The translations under genes were made by a program, and so were the position numbers. The notes beneath the pieces are model-generated. The model worked only from the letters and a program-made list of their open reading frames with translations. It did not search any database and was not told the DNA's origin. Of a stretch of 64,000 nt of DNA, positions 46,072-55,357 are shown piece after piece (within the stretch, counting starts at the first letter, position 1; each line of letters starts with the position of its first letter). This DNA comes from an uncultured Gemmatimonadota bacterium (GTDB lineage Bacteria > Gemmatimonadota > Gemmatimonadetes > Palauibacterales > Palauibacteraceae), in the NCBI GenBank assembly GCA_964509895.1, contig CAZDZJ010000015.1:14983-78982 (forward strand). Direction: 5' to 3'.

Positions 46072-46473
46072 TCAGATGTCGTCGGCGTCGGCGACGAGGG
46101 CGGCGTACTGGTCGGCGGTGAGAAGTTCGTCCAGGTCCTCGGGCGAGTCCAGCTCGAGTCGGATCATCCATCCGTCACCGTAGGGGTCGGTATTGACGAC
46201 GCCCGGGTCGGCTTCCAGCGCTTCGTTCACTGCCTTGATGGTTCCCGCCGCGGGGCAGAAGAGCTCCGAGACGGTCTTCACGGCCTCGACCGTGCCGAAT
46301 GCCTCCATCTGTCCGAATTCTTCTCCGGGCGAGGGGAGTTCGACGTAGACCACATCGCCCAACTCGCCCTGTGCGTAGTCCGTGATCCCAATGAAGACCT
46401 CTCCTTCAACGTCGGATTCGCGCACGTACTCGTGCTCGGGCGTGTACTTCAGGTCCTCGGGGATGTCCGACAT
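46072..46473 (-). CDS. gcvH: glycine cleavage system H protein
   Basis: 133 aa; lipoyl-lysine motif [11 protein letters not shown]. Confidence 0.9.
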   Translation of the reverse strand: MSDIPEDLKYTPEHEYVRESDVEGEVFIGITDYAQGELGDVVYVELPSPGEEFGQMEAFGTVEAVKTVSELFCPAAGTIKAVNEALEADPGVVNTDPYGDGWMIRLELDSPEDLDELLTADQYAALVADADDI

Positions 46474-46526
46474 TCGTGCCTCACCTCGGTTCGTATCGAG
46501 CGGTCGTTCGGGCCGGCGGCGTGGGG

Positions 46527-46556
46527 ACTATATCCGAGCCGCGAGCCGGGCGTCAA
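46527..46556 (-). promoter_or_regulatory. candidate sigma-70 promoter for gcvH-gcvP (TTGACG-N18-TATAGT on minus strand)
   Basis: Hexamers read on minus strand ~60 nt upstream of gcvH start. Confidence 0.35.
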
Positions 46557-46601
46557 GCAACCGGCCGGGGGGAGAAAGGACGCGCGGCGGCCGACACCGT
46601 A

Positions 46602-47279
46602 CTAGTCGCCCGAAGCGAGGCGTCGCCGCGCTTTCCGGTCTTTTCTGATCCGCTTCCGCGCGTCCCGCACGCTCTCTCCGGGGAACCGCTCCACGACATC
46701 GACGCCGCCCATGCAAACGAGGCCGCTGAGGCGGATCAACGGGGCGTCCGGCGCAGGCGGCGTCGCCCGCTCCGGCATGGTCACACCCCCCATGAGCGCG
46801 ATGCCTCCCCACTCGACGCGGACCCCCGGCGGGACGACGATGTCCACGCCCCCCATCATGGCGAAGAGCCGGACCGAAACCTCGCGGGTGGCGAACGACG
46901 CCTGGCGGAAATCCAGGTCGGTGCCACCCATCACGGTCACGGCGTGGAGCCGTCGGGGCGGGACCCAGCTGCCCTTCCGCTCCGTGGCGCCCCATATCGA
47001 GACAAGGAGGTCGTTCTCCTGCACGGATCCGGCCGGGTCCACGGGCACGGATGCCGCAGGCGCCCGATCCGGGAGGGCATCGTGGGTGTCGCCGGGGAGC
47101 GCGGGGAGGTCTCGCTCGAGCGCGACGAGTTCGGCGCGGGTGCGCGCGGCGTACGCGATGTCCAGACGGCGTTCGAACTCCGTCGTGTCCATTCCGTCCC
47201 GCGCGAAGTGCGCGCAGAGACGGTCCACCGTCGCCTGCCGCTCATCGGGCGACAACGCCTTCGTCTGGCTGTCCGTCAT
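46602..47279 (-). CDS. DUF1707 domain protein with LiaF-like C-terminal domain
   Basis: N-terminal SPDERQATVDRLCAHFARDGMDTTEFERRLDIAYAARTRAEL matches DUF1707; Gly-rich beta C-terminal half (GGVDIVVPPGVRVEWGGIALMGG). Confidence 0.55.
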   Translation of the reverse strand: MTDSQTKALSPDERQATVDRLCAHFARDGMDTTEFERRLDIAYAARTRAELVALERDLPALPGDTHDALPDRAPAASVPVDPAGSVQENDLLVSIWGATERKGSWVPPRRLHAVTVMGGTDLDFRQASFATREVSVRLFAMMGGVDIVVPPGVRVEWGGIALMGGVTMPERATPPAPDAPLIRLSGLVCMGGVDVVERFPGESVRDARKRIRKDRKARRRLASGD

Positions 47280-47594
47280 CTCCCCCTCGCCGTCTGGCCG
47301 GCCTGATTCTCACGCAAGGTCGCGAGACGAGCAAGGCAAAAAAACTTGCAGCGGCGGCGGGCAGGCGGCATCATGCGCTCGGAAGGTACGTTCGTGCCCT
47401 ATCCGTAAACCCCTTGAAAGGAGGTGATCTAGTGTCTGCAGGATGTAGAACCGGGTCTGACTCGGCACGGGCAAGCGATCGCCTCGAGGCAGCGTAACCG
47501 GTCTTGAACCGGTGGCGCTCGAGACATGCGCCGACCTGAAAGCTGCGGTGCCTCGCCGGCGTCGCGTCGAGTCAGGTTTCGGTTGAGACAAGAG

Positions 47595-47634
47595 CCGGCC
47601 GCGGGCTTCACGCTCGCGGCCGGTTTCCTTTTCT
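47595..47634 (+). terminator. intrinsic terminator-like hairpin 18 nt upstream of dapF start codon (attenuator candidate)
   Basis: 9-bp stem CCGGCCGCG/CGCGGCCGG, 11-nt loop, followed by TTTCCTTTTCT on the + strand. Confidence 0.5.
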
Positions 47635-47652
47635 TCCCACTTCTCTCCTGAA

Positions 47653-48456
47653 ATGCCGCTTTTCAGCAAATACACCGGCGCCGGCAACGACTTCGTGCTC
47701 GTGCGGGCGGAGGGACTCGGGCTCCGGGATGCCGGCACCCTCGCCGCAGCGCTGTGCCCCCGCGAGACGGGTGTCGGCGTGGATGGCCTGATTACCGTAC
47801 GAAGCCTGAGCGAGGAAGTCGTGCGCGTTCGGTTCTTCAACTGTGATGGGTCGGAGTTTTCCACGTGCGGGAACGGGTCCAGGTGCGCGGCGCGCTATGC
47901 GGTGGACCGCGGGCTCGCACCGAAGGACCACATCCTCGTGACGGACGACGGCGAGATCCTGGCCCGCGTGCGGGAGGACGACGTGGCCCTCGAGTACGCG
48001 CTCGATGCGCGCGTGGAAGGCGAGTTGCGCGCTCGCCTCGGGCGCGGCGAGTCGCATGAGCGTGATGCCTGGCTGGTGCGGATGGGGACGGCGCACGTGG
48101 TGGTCCCCGTCCGGACGGTGGAAGTAGAAAACTTCGAGGATCTCTGCCGGCCCCTCCGGTGGCGGGAGGATGTCGGTCCCGGGGGCGCCAATGTGCACCT
48201 CGCCGCGCGTGAGGAGGGGACGGTTTTCGTCCGCACCTTCGAGCGGGGCGTGGAGGGGGAGACGCTCGCCTGCGGTAGTGGCTGCATGGCGGTGGCCTTC
48301 GCCCTCCGGGCTGCCGGTGAAGCAGGGGATCGGGTCGAGTTCGTGGTCCGGTCGGGGGCGGCTTTGCGGGTTGAGTTTCTCGAGGCGGGGCGAATCCGCC
48401 TCACCGGGCCCGCGACCTTCATCTTCGATGGCGTCTTCCCCGAGGCCGCGGACTGA
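47653..48456 (+). CDS. dapF: diaminopimelate epimerase
   Basis: FSKYTGAGNDFVLV N-terminus; catalytic Cys motifs FNCDGSEFSTCGNGSRC and ETLACGSGCMAVA. Confidence 0.9.
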   Translation: MPLFSKYTGAGNDFVLVRAEGLGLRDAGTLAAALCPRETGVGVDGLITVRSLSEEVVRVRFFNCDGSEFSTCGNGSRCAARYAVDRGLAPKDHILVTDDGEILARVREDDVALEYALDARVEGELRARLGRGESHERDAWLVRMGTAHVVVPVRTVEVENFEDLCRPLRWREDVGPGGANVHLAAREEGTVFVRTFERGVEGETLACGSGCMAVAFALRAAGEAGDRVEFVVRSGAALRVEFLEAGRIRLTGPATFIFDGVFPEAAD

Positions 48457-49522
48457 CGCGGACCCCTCTACGGGGTCGGGACCGCTGCTGAGCTGGTTCG
48501 ACGCGCGGCGCCGGGACGATGTCTCCTGGCGCGGAGAACGCGACCCCTACGCGATTCTCGTCGCCGAGGTCATGGCGCAGCAGACGCGGGTCGAGACCGC
48601 CGTGCCCTACCATCGGCGGTTCATGGACCGCTTCCCCGACGTGTGGACCCTCGCGGCCGCGGGGGAAGACGAGGTCCTCAGCCTCTGGGAGGGGTTGGGA
48701 TACTACGCCAGGGCCCGCAACCTGCGCCGGGCGGCGCGGCGCGTGGTGACGGAGTACGGCGGCCGGATCCCGCACTCGGTGGACGACCTGCGGTCACTTC
48801 CGGGGGTGGGCCCCTACACGGCGGGCGCCGTGGCGAGTATGGCCTTCGGGATGCCGGAACCCGCAGTGGACGGCAACGCGCGGCGGGTCCTTTCGCGTCT
48901 GTTCGACCTCGAGACGGCCACCCCCTCCGCGCTCGACCGGGCGGCGCGGACCCTGCTGGGGGAGGCGGCCGAGCGGCCGGGTGACGTCAACCAGGCGCTG
49001 ATGGATCTCGGGAGCCACGTGTGCACGCCGCGCCGCCCCCGCTGCGGGGCTTGTCCGCTCTCGACGCGATGTCTCGCGCTGCGAAGGAACACGGTGGCAC
49101 GACGGCCCGCGGGACAGCGCCGCGCCCGGCTCCCGGAGCGCGCGGAGGCAGCGGCCATGGTCCGCCGCGACGGACGAGTGCTCGTGCTCCGTCGGCCGTC
49201 GGAGGGGCTCCTGGGGGGCCTCTGGGATTTCCCTTCCGTTCCACTCTCCGCCGAGACCTCCCCCGGGGCGGCGCTCACGAGACGCCTCGCGGAGGGCTTC
49301 GGTCTGGAATGCCGGGTGGGAGAGGAGGTCCGGGTGGTGCGGCACGCGTTCAGCCACTTCCGGTTGCGACTCGCGATACATGGTGCGTCGTGGCGGGCCG
49401 GGGAGGTCACGGGGCCCGGAGCACACCGGTGGGCCGAGCCGGCCGAGCTCGGCGATCTCGCCTTCTCCGCCTACCTCCGGCGAGTCATTGACGAGGAGCT
49501 TTCTCCCAGGAACGCGAGGTAG
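48428..49522 (+). CDS. mutY: A/G-specific adenine DNA glycosylase
   Basis: Start at internal Met (MASSPRP...LLSWFD), overlapping dapF 3' end by 29 nt; HhH-GPD (LPGVGPYTAGAVASMAFG), 4Fe-4S loop CTPRRPRCGACPLSTRC, NUDIX-like C-terminal domain. Confidence 0.85.
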   Translation: MASSPRPRTDADPSTGSGPLLSWFDARRRDDVSWRGERDPYAILVAEVMAQQTRVETAVPYHRRFMDRFPDVWTLAAAGEDEVLSLWEGLGYYARARNLRRAARRVVTEYGGRIPHSVDDLRSLPGVGPYTAGAVASMAFGMPEPAVDGNARRVLSRLFDLETATPSALDRAARTLLGEAAERPGDVNQALMDLGSHVCTPRRPRCGACPLSTRCLALRRNTVARRPAGQRRARLPERAEAAAMVRRDGRVLVLRRPSEGLLGGLWDFPSVPLSAETSPGAALTRRLAEGFGLECRVGEEVRVVRHAFSHFRLRLAIHGASWRAGEVTGPGAHRWAEPAELGDLAFSAYLRRVIDEELSPRNAR

Positions 49523-50274
49523 GCCCGGACCGTCTGGTCCGCTGCTTCGCGGTGGGACGCGGGCAGGTCCCCGTAGACGGCGGTCCGGATCTCCGCGGGG
49601 CTTCGCGCGCCCGCCGCCAGCGCGCGCCGTACGGACGCCACGCGCTCGAGGCGGTGAGCGCGGCAGTCCTCGAGGCGCGCGAGCGCATCCTCCAGGGGCG
49701 GCCCGTGTCCGGGGAAGAGGCGGGCGGGGCGCAGCGCCATGAGGCGCGCGAGACTCGCGAGGCAGGCCTCCACGGAGCCGTCCGGGTGCATGATCATCGT
49801 ACTTCCCTCGCCGAGCACCAGGTCGCCCGTGAAGAGGGCCCTGCCCGGCTCCAGCAGGTAGCAAAGGTGGTCCGCCGAGTGCCCGGGCGTCGAGATCGCC
49901 CGCAGACGGAACGCGTCCCCCAATGCCACGGAGTCGTCGTCCGCCAGCGGGCGTCCGCTCCCCCCCACGAGCGCCAGGGTGGCTGCGGAGGCGCGGAGCT
50001 CCCCCCAGCGACCGGCGGCAGCCGCCGCAGAAGCGGAGTGGTCGGCATGGGCGTGTGTCAGACAGACGGCGGCCACCGGCCTTCCGGCGATGACCTCCTC
50101 GACCCGAGCCAGGTGCCGCTCATCGTCCGGTCCCGGGTCCAGCACGACCAGTGGCCCCGTCCCGATTACGTAGGTCTGCGTCCCGCTCAGCGTGAGGGGA
50201 CCCGGGTTGTCGGCGCGAACGGCCGTCACCGCCGGACCGTGCCGGACCACGTGAGGCGGCGGCGCTCGAGTCAC
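49471..50274 (-). CDS. MBL fold metallo-hydrolase (glyoxalase II-like)
   Basis: THAHADH motif; 267 aa; 3' end overlaps mutY 3' end convergently by ~50 nt. Confidence 0.7.
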   Translation of the reverse strand: MTRAPPPHVVRHGPAVTAVRADNPGPLTLSGTQTYVIGTGPLVVLDPGPDDERHLARVEEVIAGRPVAAVCLTHAHADHSASAAAAAGRWGELRASAATLALVGGSGRPLADDDSVALGDAFRLRAISTPGHSADHLCYLLEPGRALFTGDLVLGEGSTMIMHPDGSVEACLASLARLMALRPARLFPGHGPPLEDALARLEDCRAHRLERVASVRRALAAGARSPAEIRTAVYGDLPASHREAADQTVRAYLAFLGESSSSMTRRR

Positions 50275-50962
50275 GGCAATTCATCGTAACCGGGGTCGCC
50301 GGGGGCGACGGGCTGCACACCCCGCTCGCCGACCCTCAGTCTCACGAGAGCCGGTTCGACCCGAACGTCGCGGAGAGCATCGATGGCCGCGTCGAGAGAA
50401 GGGAAGCCGGCCAGCCGCTCGATCGTCCGCACCGTCGGGAACATCATCGGCAACTCACCATCCGAGAGACGTCGAAGGGCCGCCGACGGCGTCGCCCACA
50501 AGGACGCTTCGTGCTCCGGCGTCAGGCTCACGTCCCGGGACTGCCGTTCCAGTGCCAGCAGGAAGAAGCGGGTGTCGAATCTCAGCGCCGTGCCCCGCGG
50601 TGTGATCCAGCGCGCGAAGTACACGACCCGCGCGGACGAAAAGTCCAGGCCGAACTGCTCCGCGAGACGCGAGAACCGGGTCCCGCCGGCGAGCAGCCGC
50701 CGGCGTGCCGCTGCGACTTCCGTCTCAAACCTGCTCGGCCTGGCGGCGAGGAGCCCGGTTTCCTCGAACAGCTCGCGCAACGCCGCCACGCATGCCGCGC
50801 CTTCACCGACCCCGGGGAGCCGGTGCGCCCACATCGCCCGGGTGTCGTCGTCGTCGATCGCACCGCCGGGGAAAGCCCATACCCCCGCGCCGAATCTCGC
50901 ATCTTGGGGCCGCCGCAGGAGAAGGATCTCGAACCCGGACGGAACCCGGGTTGCGACCACGA
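50271..50962 (-). CDS. NUDIX hydrolase
   Basis: Nudix box GAIDDDDTRAMWAHRLPGVGEGAACVAALRELFEETGL (Gx5Ex7REUxEExGU); probable GTG start (VVVATRV); track ORF 50271..51602 N-terminal 210 aa is junk overlapping the Yip1 gene in another frame. Confidence 0.7.
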
Positions 50963-51022
50963 CCGTCGCCGCCGGCCTCGGAGTGATGGTGCCGGCCCCG
51001 GGTTTCGAGCTCGACGGGAGGT

Positions 51023-51766
51023 TCAAACGGCGCCTGCCACCCGCGCGACGACCAGGAGGAGTGCCAGCATCAGGATGGCAACCGGCAGGGCGACCGCGAG
51101 CAGCCATGCCGCGAACGCTCGCGCGGTTGTCGTCCGGTGGGCTTCGCGCACGCCGATCACTGTCACCACGATTCCCCAGATCCCCGCCACCCAGCCACCG
51201 ACGAAGGGGATGATGGCAAAGAGTCCCGGCCCGCACGCGTAGCAGATGGTCCGAACCGTGGCGGTGAGGCTTCGACGCTCCGGCACGAGGAGGAGAACGA
51301 AGATATGGAGGAGGAGGCTCGAGATGATGAGATACAGCACCGCCCAGAAGGGCGTGAGGAAGAAATCGACCAGCCGTACGAGGCGTCCCGCTGCCGCCGC
51401 TTCCGGCAGCGGGACGTTCATGACCTCGCCGAACGTCTCCAAGAGACCGCCCTGCGACGTCGGTAGCAGCGTACCCCAGGTCAGGGAGAGTGCCGCCGCG
51501 AGAACGCTGATCACGAGATAGTAGAGAATTGGTCGTACGGGGGGCCGGTCGAAGGGCCCGTTCGCGAAGAATGGGCCGGGCTGGAATACGCTCAGTCGCC
51601 ACGTCTCGGCGAGATTCAGAGGGAAGGGCACGGCCGGATCCTCCCAGGCGGGGAGGTTCACACCGTCACCCTCGTGCGCGTCGTCCCGTGCTTCGGACGC
51701 CTTTCCGCAGAAGGGACAGCGGTCGAACCCGGCGCTCCCATGCCCGCACTGCGGGCAGGTCACCAT
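51023..51766 (-). CDS. Yip1-family membrane protein with N-terminal zinc-ribbon
   Basis: CPQCGHGSAGFDRCPFCG zinc ribbon then 5 TM helices (Yip1/DUF1282-like). Confidence 0.55.
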   Translation of the reverse strand: MVTCPQCGHGSAGFDRCPFCGKASEARDDAHEGDGVNLPAWEDPAVPFPLNLAETWRLSVFQPGPFFANGPFDRPPVRPILYYLVISVLAAALSLTWGTLLPTSQGGLLETFGEVMNVPLPEAAAAGRLVRLVDFFLTPFWAVLYLIISSLLLHIFVLLLVPERRSLTATVRTICYACGPGLFAIIPFVGGWVAGIWGIVVTVIGVREAHRTTTARAFAAWLLAVALPVAILMLALLLVVARVAGAV

Positions 51767-51777
51767 GGGCCGGCGAC

Positions 51778-52905
51778 TCAGTCGAGGATGCGCAGCGGCA
51801 TGACGAGGCAGAGATATTCGGATTCGCCGCTGGCGGGCGAGAACGTCGCGGCCCGTTCCGGCGCCTTGAATGTCAAGTGAACGTCCTCATCGGGCATGTG
51901 ACGCAGGACTTCGAGGAGGTACGTCGCGTTGAATCCGATCTCAATGTCCTCACCCTCATAGTCCACTGCCAGCGCGTCCTCCGCTTCCCCCAGATCCGGG
52001 GTCTGCACCCTGAATCCGAGGTCACCGGCCTTGAACGAGAGACGCACCCGCCTCGTGGAGTCATCCGCCATCACCGCGACGCGCCGGACGGCCGTCTCCA
52101 GTGCCGCGCGGTTCACGGTCGCGGTCTTGTCGTTGTCGTTCGGGATGACCTGCTCGTAGTTCGGGTACGGGCCCTCGATCAGCGAAGTGAAGACCTCCCG
52201 GTCCGCGGACCGGAACGCCAGGTGGTTCTCGGAACGCGCGATCTGAAGCACGGTGTCGGCGGAGTACAGTTTCTGCACCTGGCTCAGCGCCTTGGGAGGG
52301 ATGATGAGGTCCGTCTCGACCGACGATCCCCCGCCCTCCAGCTCGCGGGACATCTTCGCGAGGCGGTGACCGTTCGTTGCGACCATGACGCTCCCGGTGC
52401 CGCGCAACTGCCACAGGATGCCATTGAGGATCGGCCGGCTGTCCTCTGTCGAGACAGCGAAGCTGGTGCGTTCGATCAGCGTCTGTACTTGCCCGGCGGA
52501 CATCTCCCAGCCGCTCGCGAAGTCCACCTCCGGGAAGTCCGGGAACTCGTCGGGCGCCTGCCCGTAGAGGCGAAATTTGCTGCGACCGCACTCGATATCC
52601 ACTCCGGCCGCGGTGCCGGTTCCACCGCCATCCACCGCGGTGAACTTCACCGGTGCATCGTCGAGGACCCGCGAGATTTCCAGGAGTTGGCGCGCGGGCA
52701 GCGCCACCACGCCCGGCTGCGAGACTTCGGCAGGTTCGGACAACGAAACAAAGATCGACATGTCGGTGCCGCTCAGCCGCACCGCGTCGTCCTCCGCCCG
52801 GATGAGAATGTTGGACAGTACCGGGAGCGCGGCTCGCGTCGGGACGGCGGCTGCGCTTGCTCCCAGCCCCCTCTGGAGCGCTTCTCGGGTGATCGAGAAT
52901 CTCAT
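51778..52905 (-). CDS. dnaN: DNA polymerase III subunit beta (sliding clamp)
   Basis: Start at internal Met MRFSITREALQRGL; three-domain clamp ~376 aa; immediately downstream of dnaA. Confidence 0.9.
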   Translation of the reverse strand: MRFSITREALQRGLGASAAAVPTRAALPVLSNILIRAEDDAVRLSGTDMSIFVSLSEPAEVSQPGVVALPARQLLEISRVLDDAPVKFTAVDGGGTGTAAGVDIECGRSKFRLYGQAPDEFPDFPEVDFASGWEMSAGQVQTLIERTSFAVSTEDSRPILNGILWQLRGTGSVMVATNGHRLAKMSRELEGGGSSVETDLIIPPKALSQVQKLYSADTVLQIARSENHLAFRSADREVFTSLIEGPYPNYEQVIPNDNDKTATVNRAALETAVRRVAVMADDSTRRVRLSFKAGDLGFRVQTPDLGEAEDALAVDYEGEDIEIGFNATYLLEVLRHMPDEDVHLTFKAPERAATFSPASGESEYLCLVMPLRILD

Positions 52906-53188
52906 TTCAACTCCGGAACGTGTGGGTTCGGGTTTTCCACCGTGTGATTTACGGTTGCGTATGATATGCGTATCAACGAAGTAGTAGTAGAGCCTGTCAA
53001 AGTGTCGAAAAAACCGGATTCTCCACGGTTTTCCTGGCCTGAGATCCTGCCTCGCGATGTCCACAGCCCGACACGGCTGTCGAATCTCCGGGCAAACGGC
53101 GGCGTCCTGGTGACACCGTGTCGTCCGTTATCCCGCAGGGTGGACTCTCCCCCTCCGCTTTTCCACACAATAATGGACGGGCGCGGCA
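52906..53188. other. candidate oriC: DnaA-box cluster plus AT-rich DUE in the dnaA-dnaN intergenic region
   Basis: DnaA-box-like 9-mers TTTTCCACC (52933), TTCTCCACG (53019), ATGTCCACA (53057), TTATCCCGC (53128), TTTTCCACA (53159); AT-rich stretch 52941-53020 (GTGATTTACGGTTGCGTATGATATGCGTATCAACGAAGTAGTAGTAG) in a 70% GC genome. Confidence 0.55.
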
Positions 53189-54571
53189 TCAGCCCCGAAA
53201 CAGCTCTTGCTGCAGCTGGCCGACCCGGCCGCGGAGGGTGGGATCGGAGGCCATGTCGGCCTCGACCTTGTTCACAGAGTGGATGACGGTGGAGTGGTTC
53301 CTGCCTCCGAACAGGTGCCCGATGTCGGAATAGGGCAGGTCGAGGTGCGTCTTGATGAGATACATGGCGACCTGGCGCGGAACCGTCACCGTCCGGTTCC
53401 GTCGTTTCGACACCAGCGCCTCGACGGACACGCCCCAGGATGCGGCGGTCCGGGCACGGACTTCCTCCGCGGAGATCTCGATGACCTGCTCGTCGGCTTC
53501 GCTGCCCTCGGGACCCAATGCATCACGCGCCATGTCGAGCGAGATCTCGCGTCGCGTCAGCGAACTGAAGGCAAGGAGCTTGATCAGGGCGCCCTCGAGT
53601 TGCCGGACGGACGTGCGCCGGCTCCGTGCCACGTACTCGATTACGTCGTCGTCGATTTCGATCCCGTCCTCGTCGGCCTTCTTGCGGAGAATGGCGGAGC
53701 GTGTCTCGAGGTCGGGGGGCTGGATGTCGGTAACGAGCCCCCACTCGAAGCGGGACACGAGGCGTTCCTGGAGCCCCGGGATGTCCTGAGGCGGTCGGTC
53801 GCTCGTGATGACGATCTGCTTCTTGGCGTCGTAGAGCGCGTTGAAGGTGTGGAAGAACTCCTCCTGCGTCCCTTCCTTGTTCGCGATGAAGTGGACGTCG
53901 TCGATGAGAAGGACGTCGATTCGCCGGTAGCGTTCACGGAATAGCGCCGTCTGCCCGGTCTTGATCGCGTCGATCATCTCGTTCGTGAACTGCTCCGATG
54001 GAACGTACGCGACCTGGTAGTCCGGCAGGCGGTCGAGAATCGTGTTCCCGATGGCGTGCATCAAGTGTGTCTTGCCGAGACCGGTGCCGCCCCAGATGAA
54101 GAGCGGGTTGTAGGTCGTGGCCGGCGCCGCGGCCACACGATCGCTCGCCGCCGCGGCGAGTTCGTTGCTGCCGCCGATGACGAAGCGTGCGAAGGTGTAG
54201 CGTTCATTCAGGGCTGCCGCGGCCGGGAGGCCGCCGCGAGTGGGCGTCCGCGAGGCGAGGGCATGACCCGGGTCTCCGGGGTAGGGATCCGTGATTTCCG
54301 GGAAATCGAGACGCTCCTCGGCCCCCTGGTGCTCGAAGCGGAGTCGAAGTCTCGCACCCAGCTCCCGCTCCGAGATGTCCCGGAGGAGGGTCCCGTACTT
54401 GTCCTCGACCCATTCGACCGCGAACCTCGTGGGGGCGGAGACGACGAGGGTATCGTCCGAAAGCGAGACCGCCTCCGTCGATCCGAGCCAGGTGCGATAC
54501 GTCTGCTCCGGGAGTACGAGCTTCGCGGACGCGCGAATCTTGGTCCAGGCCTCGTGTGCAGTCAGCTCCAT
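53189..54571 (-). CDS. dnaA: chromosomal replication initiator protein DnaA
   Basis: Walker A GGTGLGKTHLMHAIGN, sensor/box motifs, C-terminal DNA-binding signature LDLPYSDIGHLFGGRNHSTVIHSVNKV. Confidence 0.95.
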   Translation of the reverse strand: MELTAHEAWTKIRASAKLVLPEQTYRTWLGSTEAVSLSDDTLVVSAPTRFAVEWVEDKYGTLLRDISERELGARLRLRFEHQGAEERLDFPEITDPYPGDPGHALASRTPTRGGLPAAAALNERYTFARFVIGGSNELAAAASDRVAAAPATTYNPLFIWGGTGLGKTHLMHAIGNTILDRLPDYQVAYVPSEQFTNEMIDAIKTGQTALFRERYRRIDVLLIDDVHFIANKEGTQEEFFHTFNALYDAKKQIVITSDRPPQDIPGLQERLVSRFEWGLVTDIQPPDLETRSAILRKKADEDGIEIDDDVIEYVARSRRTSVRQLEGALIKLLAFSSLTRREISLDMARDALGPEGSEADEQVIEISAEEVRARTAASWGVSVEALVSKRRNRTVTVPRQVAMYLIKTHLDLPYSDIGHLFGGRNHSTVIHSVNKVEADMASDPTLRGRVGQLQQELFRG

Positions 54572-54726
54572 CCGTGACGCGCTGGCATGAGAAAAAGACG
54601 GCGGGATCGGGATCCTGATCTTAGGCGAATCTGCCGGAGAGTGTCAACGAACGAAGCGCCTCGCGATGGAGTGCCGGGGGGTGGCACGCATGGACGCGCC
54701 ACCGCTGCGGAAAACCGGAGGCCGCG

Positions 54727-54755
54727 ATTGACACTATGCCACGTCCGGTCTAGAC
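54727..54755 (+). promoter_or_regulatory. sigma-70 promoter for rpmH (TTGACA-N17-TAGACT)
   Basis: Consensus -35 with 17-nt spacer ~60 nt upstream of rpmH ATG in the dnaA/rpmH divergent region. Confidence 0.5.
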
Positions 54756-54813
54756 TTCCCGGCTCAGTTCGAACGAGCTACAGGATGACCGGAAAGCCTC
54801 GGGTGATGTTCCG

Positions 54814-54987
54814 ATGGGAAAGCCCACATACAGCAAGCCGACCAACAGGAAGCGCGTTCGCGACCATGGTTTCCGGGCGCGAATGAAAACGAAGGCGGGC
54901 CGACGTACGCTGTCGCGCCGCAGAAGGAAGGGTCGTCGTCGACTCACCGTCAGTGACGCGTTCCGTCGCAAGCGACGGAGCCGCTAG
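54814..54987 (+). CDS. rpmH: 50S ribosomal protein L34 (with ~12-aa basic C-terminal extension)
   Basis: Manual translation [57 protein letters not shown]; HGFRARM L34 signature. It is below the track's length cut-off and is hidden under ORF 54587..54886 in another frame. Confidence 0.85.
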   Translation: MGKPTYSKPTNRKRVRDHGFRARMKTKAGRRTLSRRRRKGRRRLTVSDAFRRKRRSR

Positions 54988-55357
54988 CGAGCTTCCGCGC
55001 GAGGGTTTCCGACGTCCTCGCGCGGCGAGGTTGCGCACGGCACGGGAGATTCGCCGAACCATGCGGGCGGGCCGATGCAACCGCGGCCGGTTCGTGGACC
55101 TGTTCTCCGCTCCGTCGCCCTCCGGTCGCTCCAGGGTGGGGGTTGTGACGCCCCGCCACGGGCGCGGCGCCGTCGCGCGAAACCGCCTGCGGCGGCGGCT
55201 GACGGAGATTTCCCGTCTCGACCTCCTGCCTGCCCTCGAGGGCCGCCGTCTCGACATGGACCTGATCCTGCGCGCGAAACCGAGGGCTTATGACGCCTCG
55301 TACATGAGGCTTCGAGCGACATTGATCGATGCGCTGGAGTCCGTATGGGAAGACTGA
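54953..55357 (+). CDS. rnpA: ribonuclease P protein component
   Basis: [14 protein letters not shown] ... [26 protein letters not shown] matches the RnpA RNR motif region; ATG start overlaps the last 35 nt of rpmH, as in Thermus. Confidence 0.75.
   Translation: MTRSVASDGAASELPREGFRRPRAARLRTAREIRRTMRAGRCNRGRFVDLFSAPSPSGRSRVGVVTPRHGRGAVARNRLRRRLTEISRLDLLPALEGRRLDMDLILRAKPRAYDASYMRLRATLIDALESVWED

Noticed and set aside
46474-46601. Glycine riboswitch expected upstream of gcvH
   Set aside because: No GGAGAG...CACCGAAGGGGCAA-type aptamer consensus on either strand; only a plausible sigma-70 promoter found
47400-47640. Possible SRP (4.5S) RNA because of GGAUGUAG and GUCAGGU-like strings
   Set aside because: The two motif-like strings are in the wrong order and the GGAA/AGCAGC helix-8 signature is absent; kept only as an unclassified structured leader
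50963-51602. N-terminal 210 codons of track ORF 50271..51602
   Set aside because: Overlaps the well-formed Yip1-family gene in a different frame; NUDIX homology begins only near 50962
54587-54886. 99-aa + strand ORF upstream of rnpA
   Set aside because: Arg-rich out-of-frame translation overlapping the genuine rpmH reading frame and its promoter
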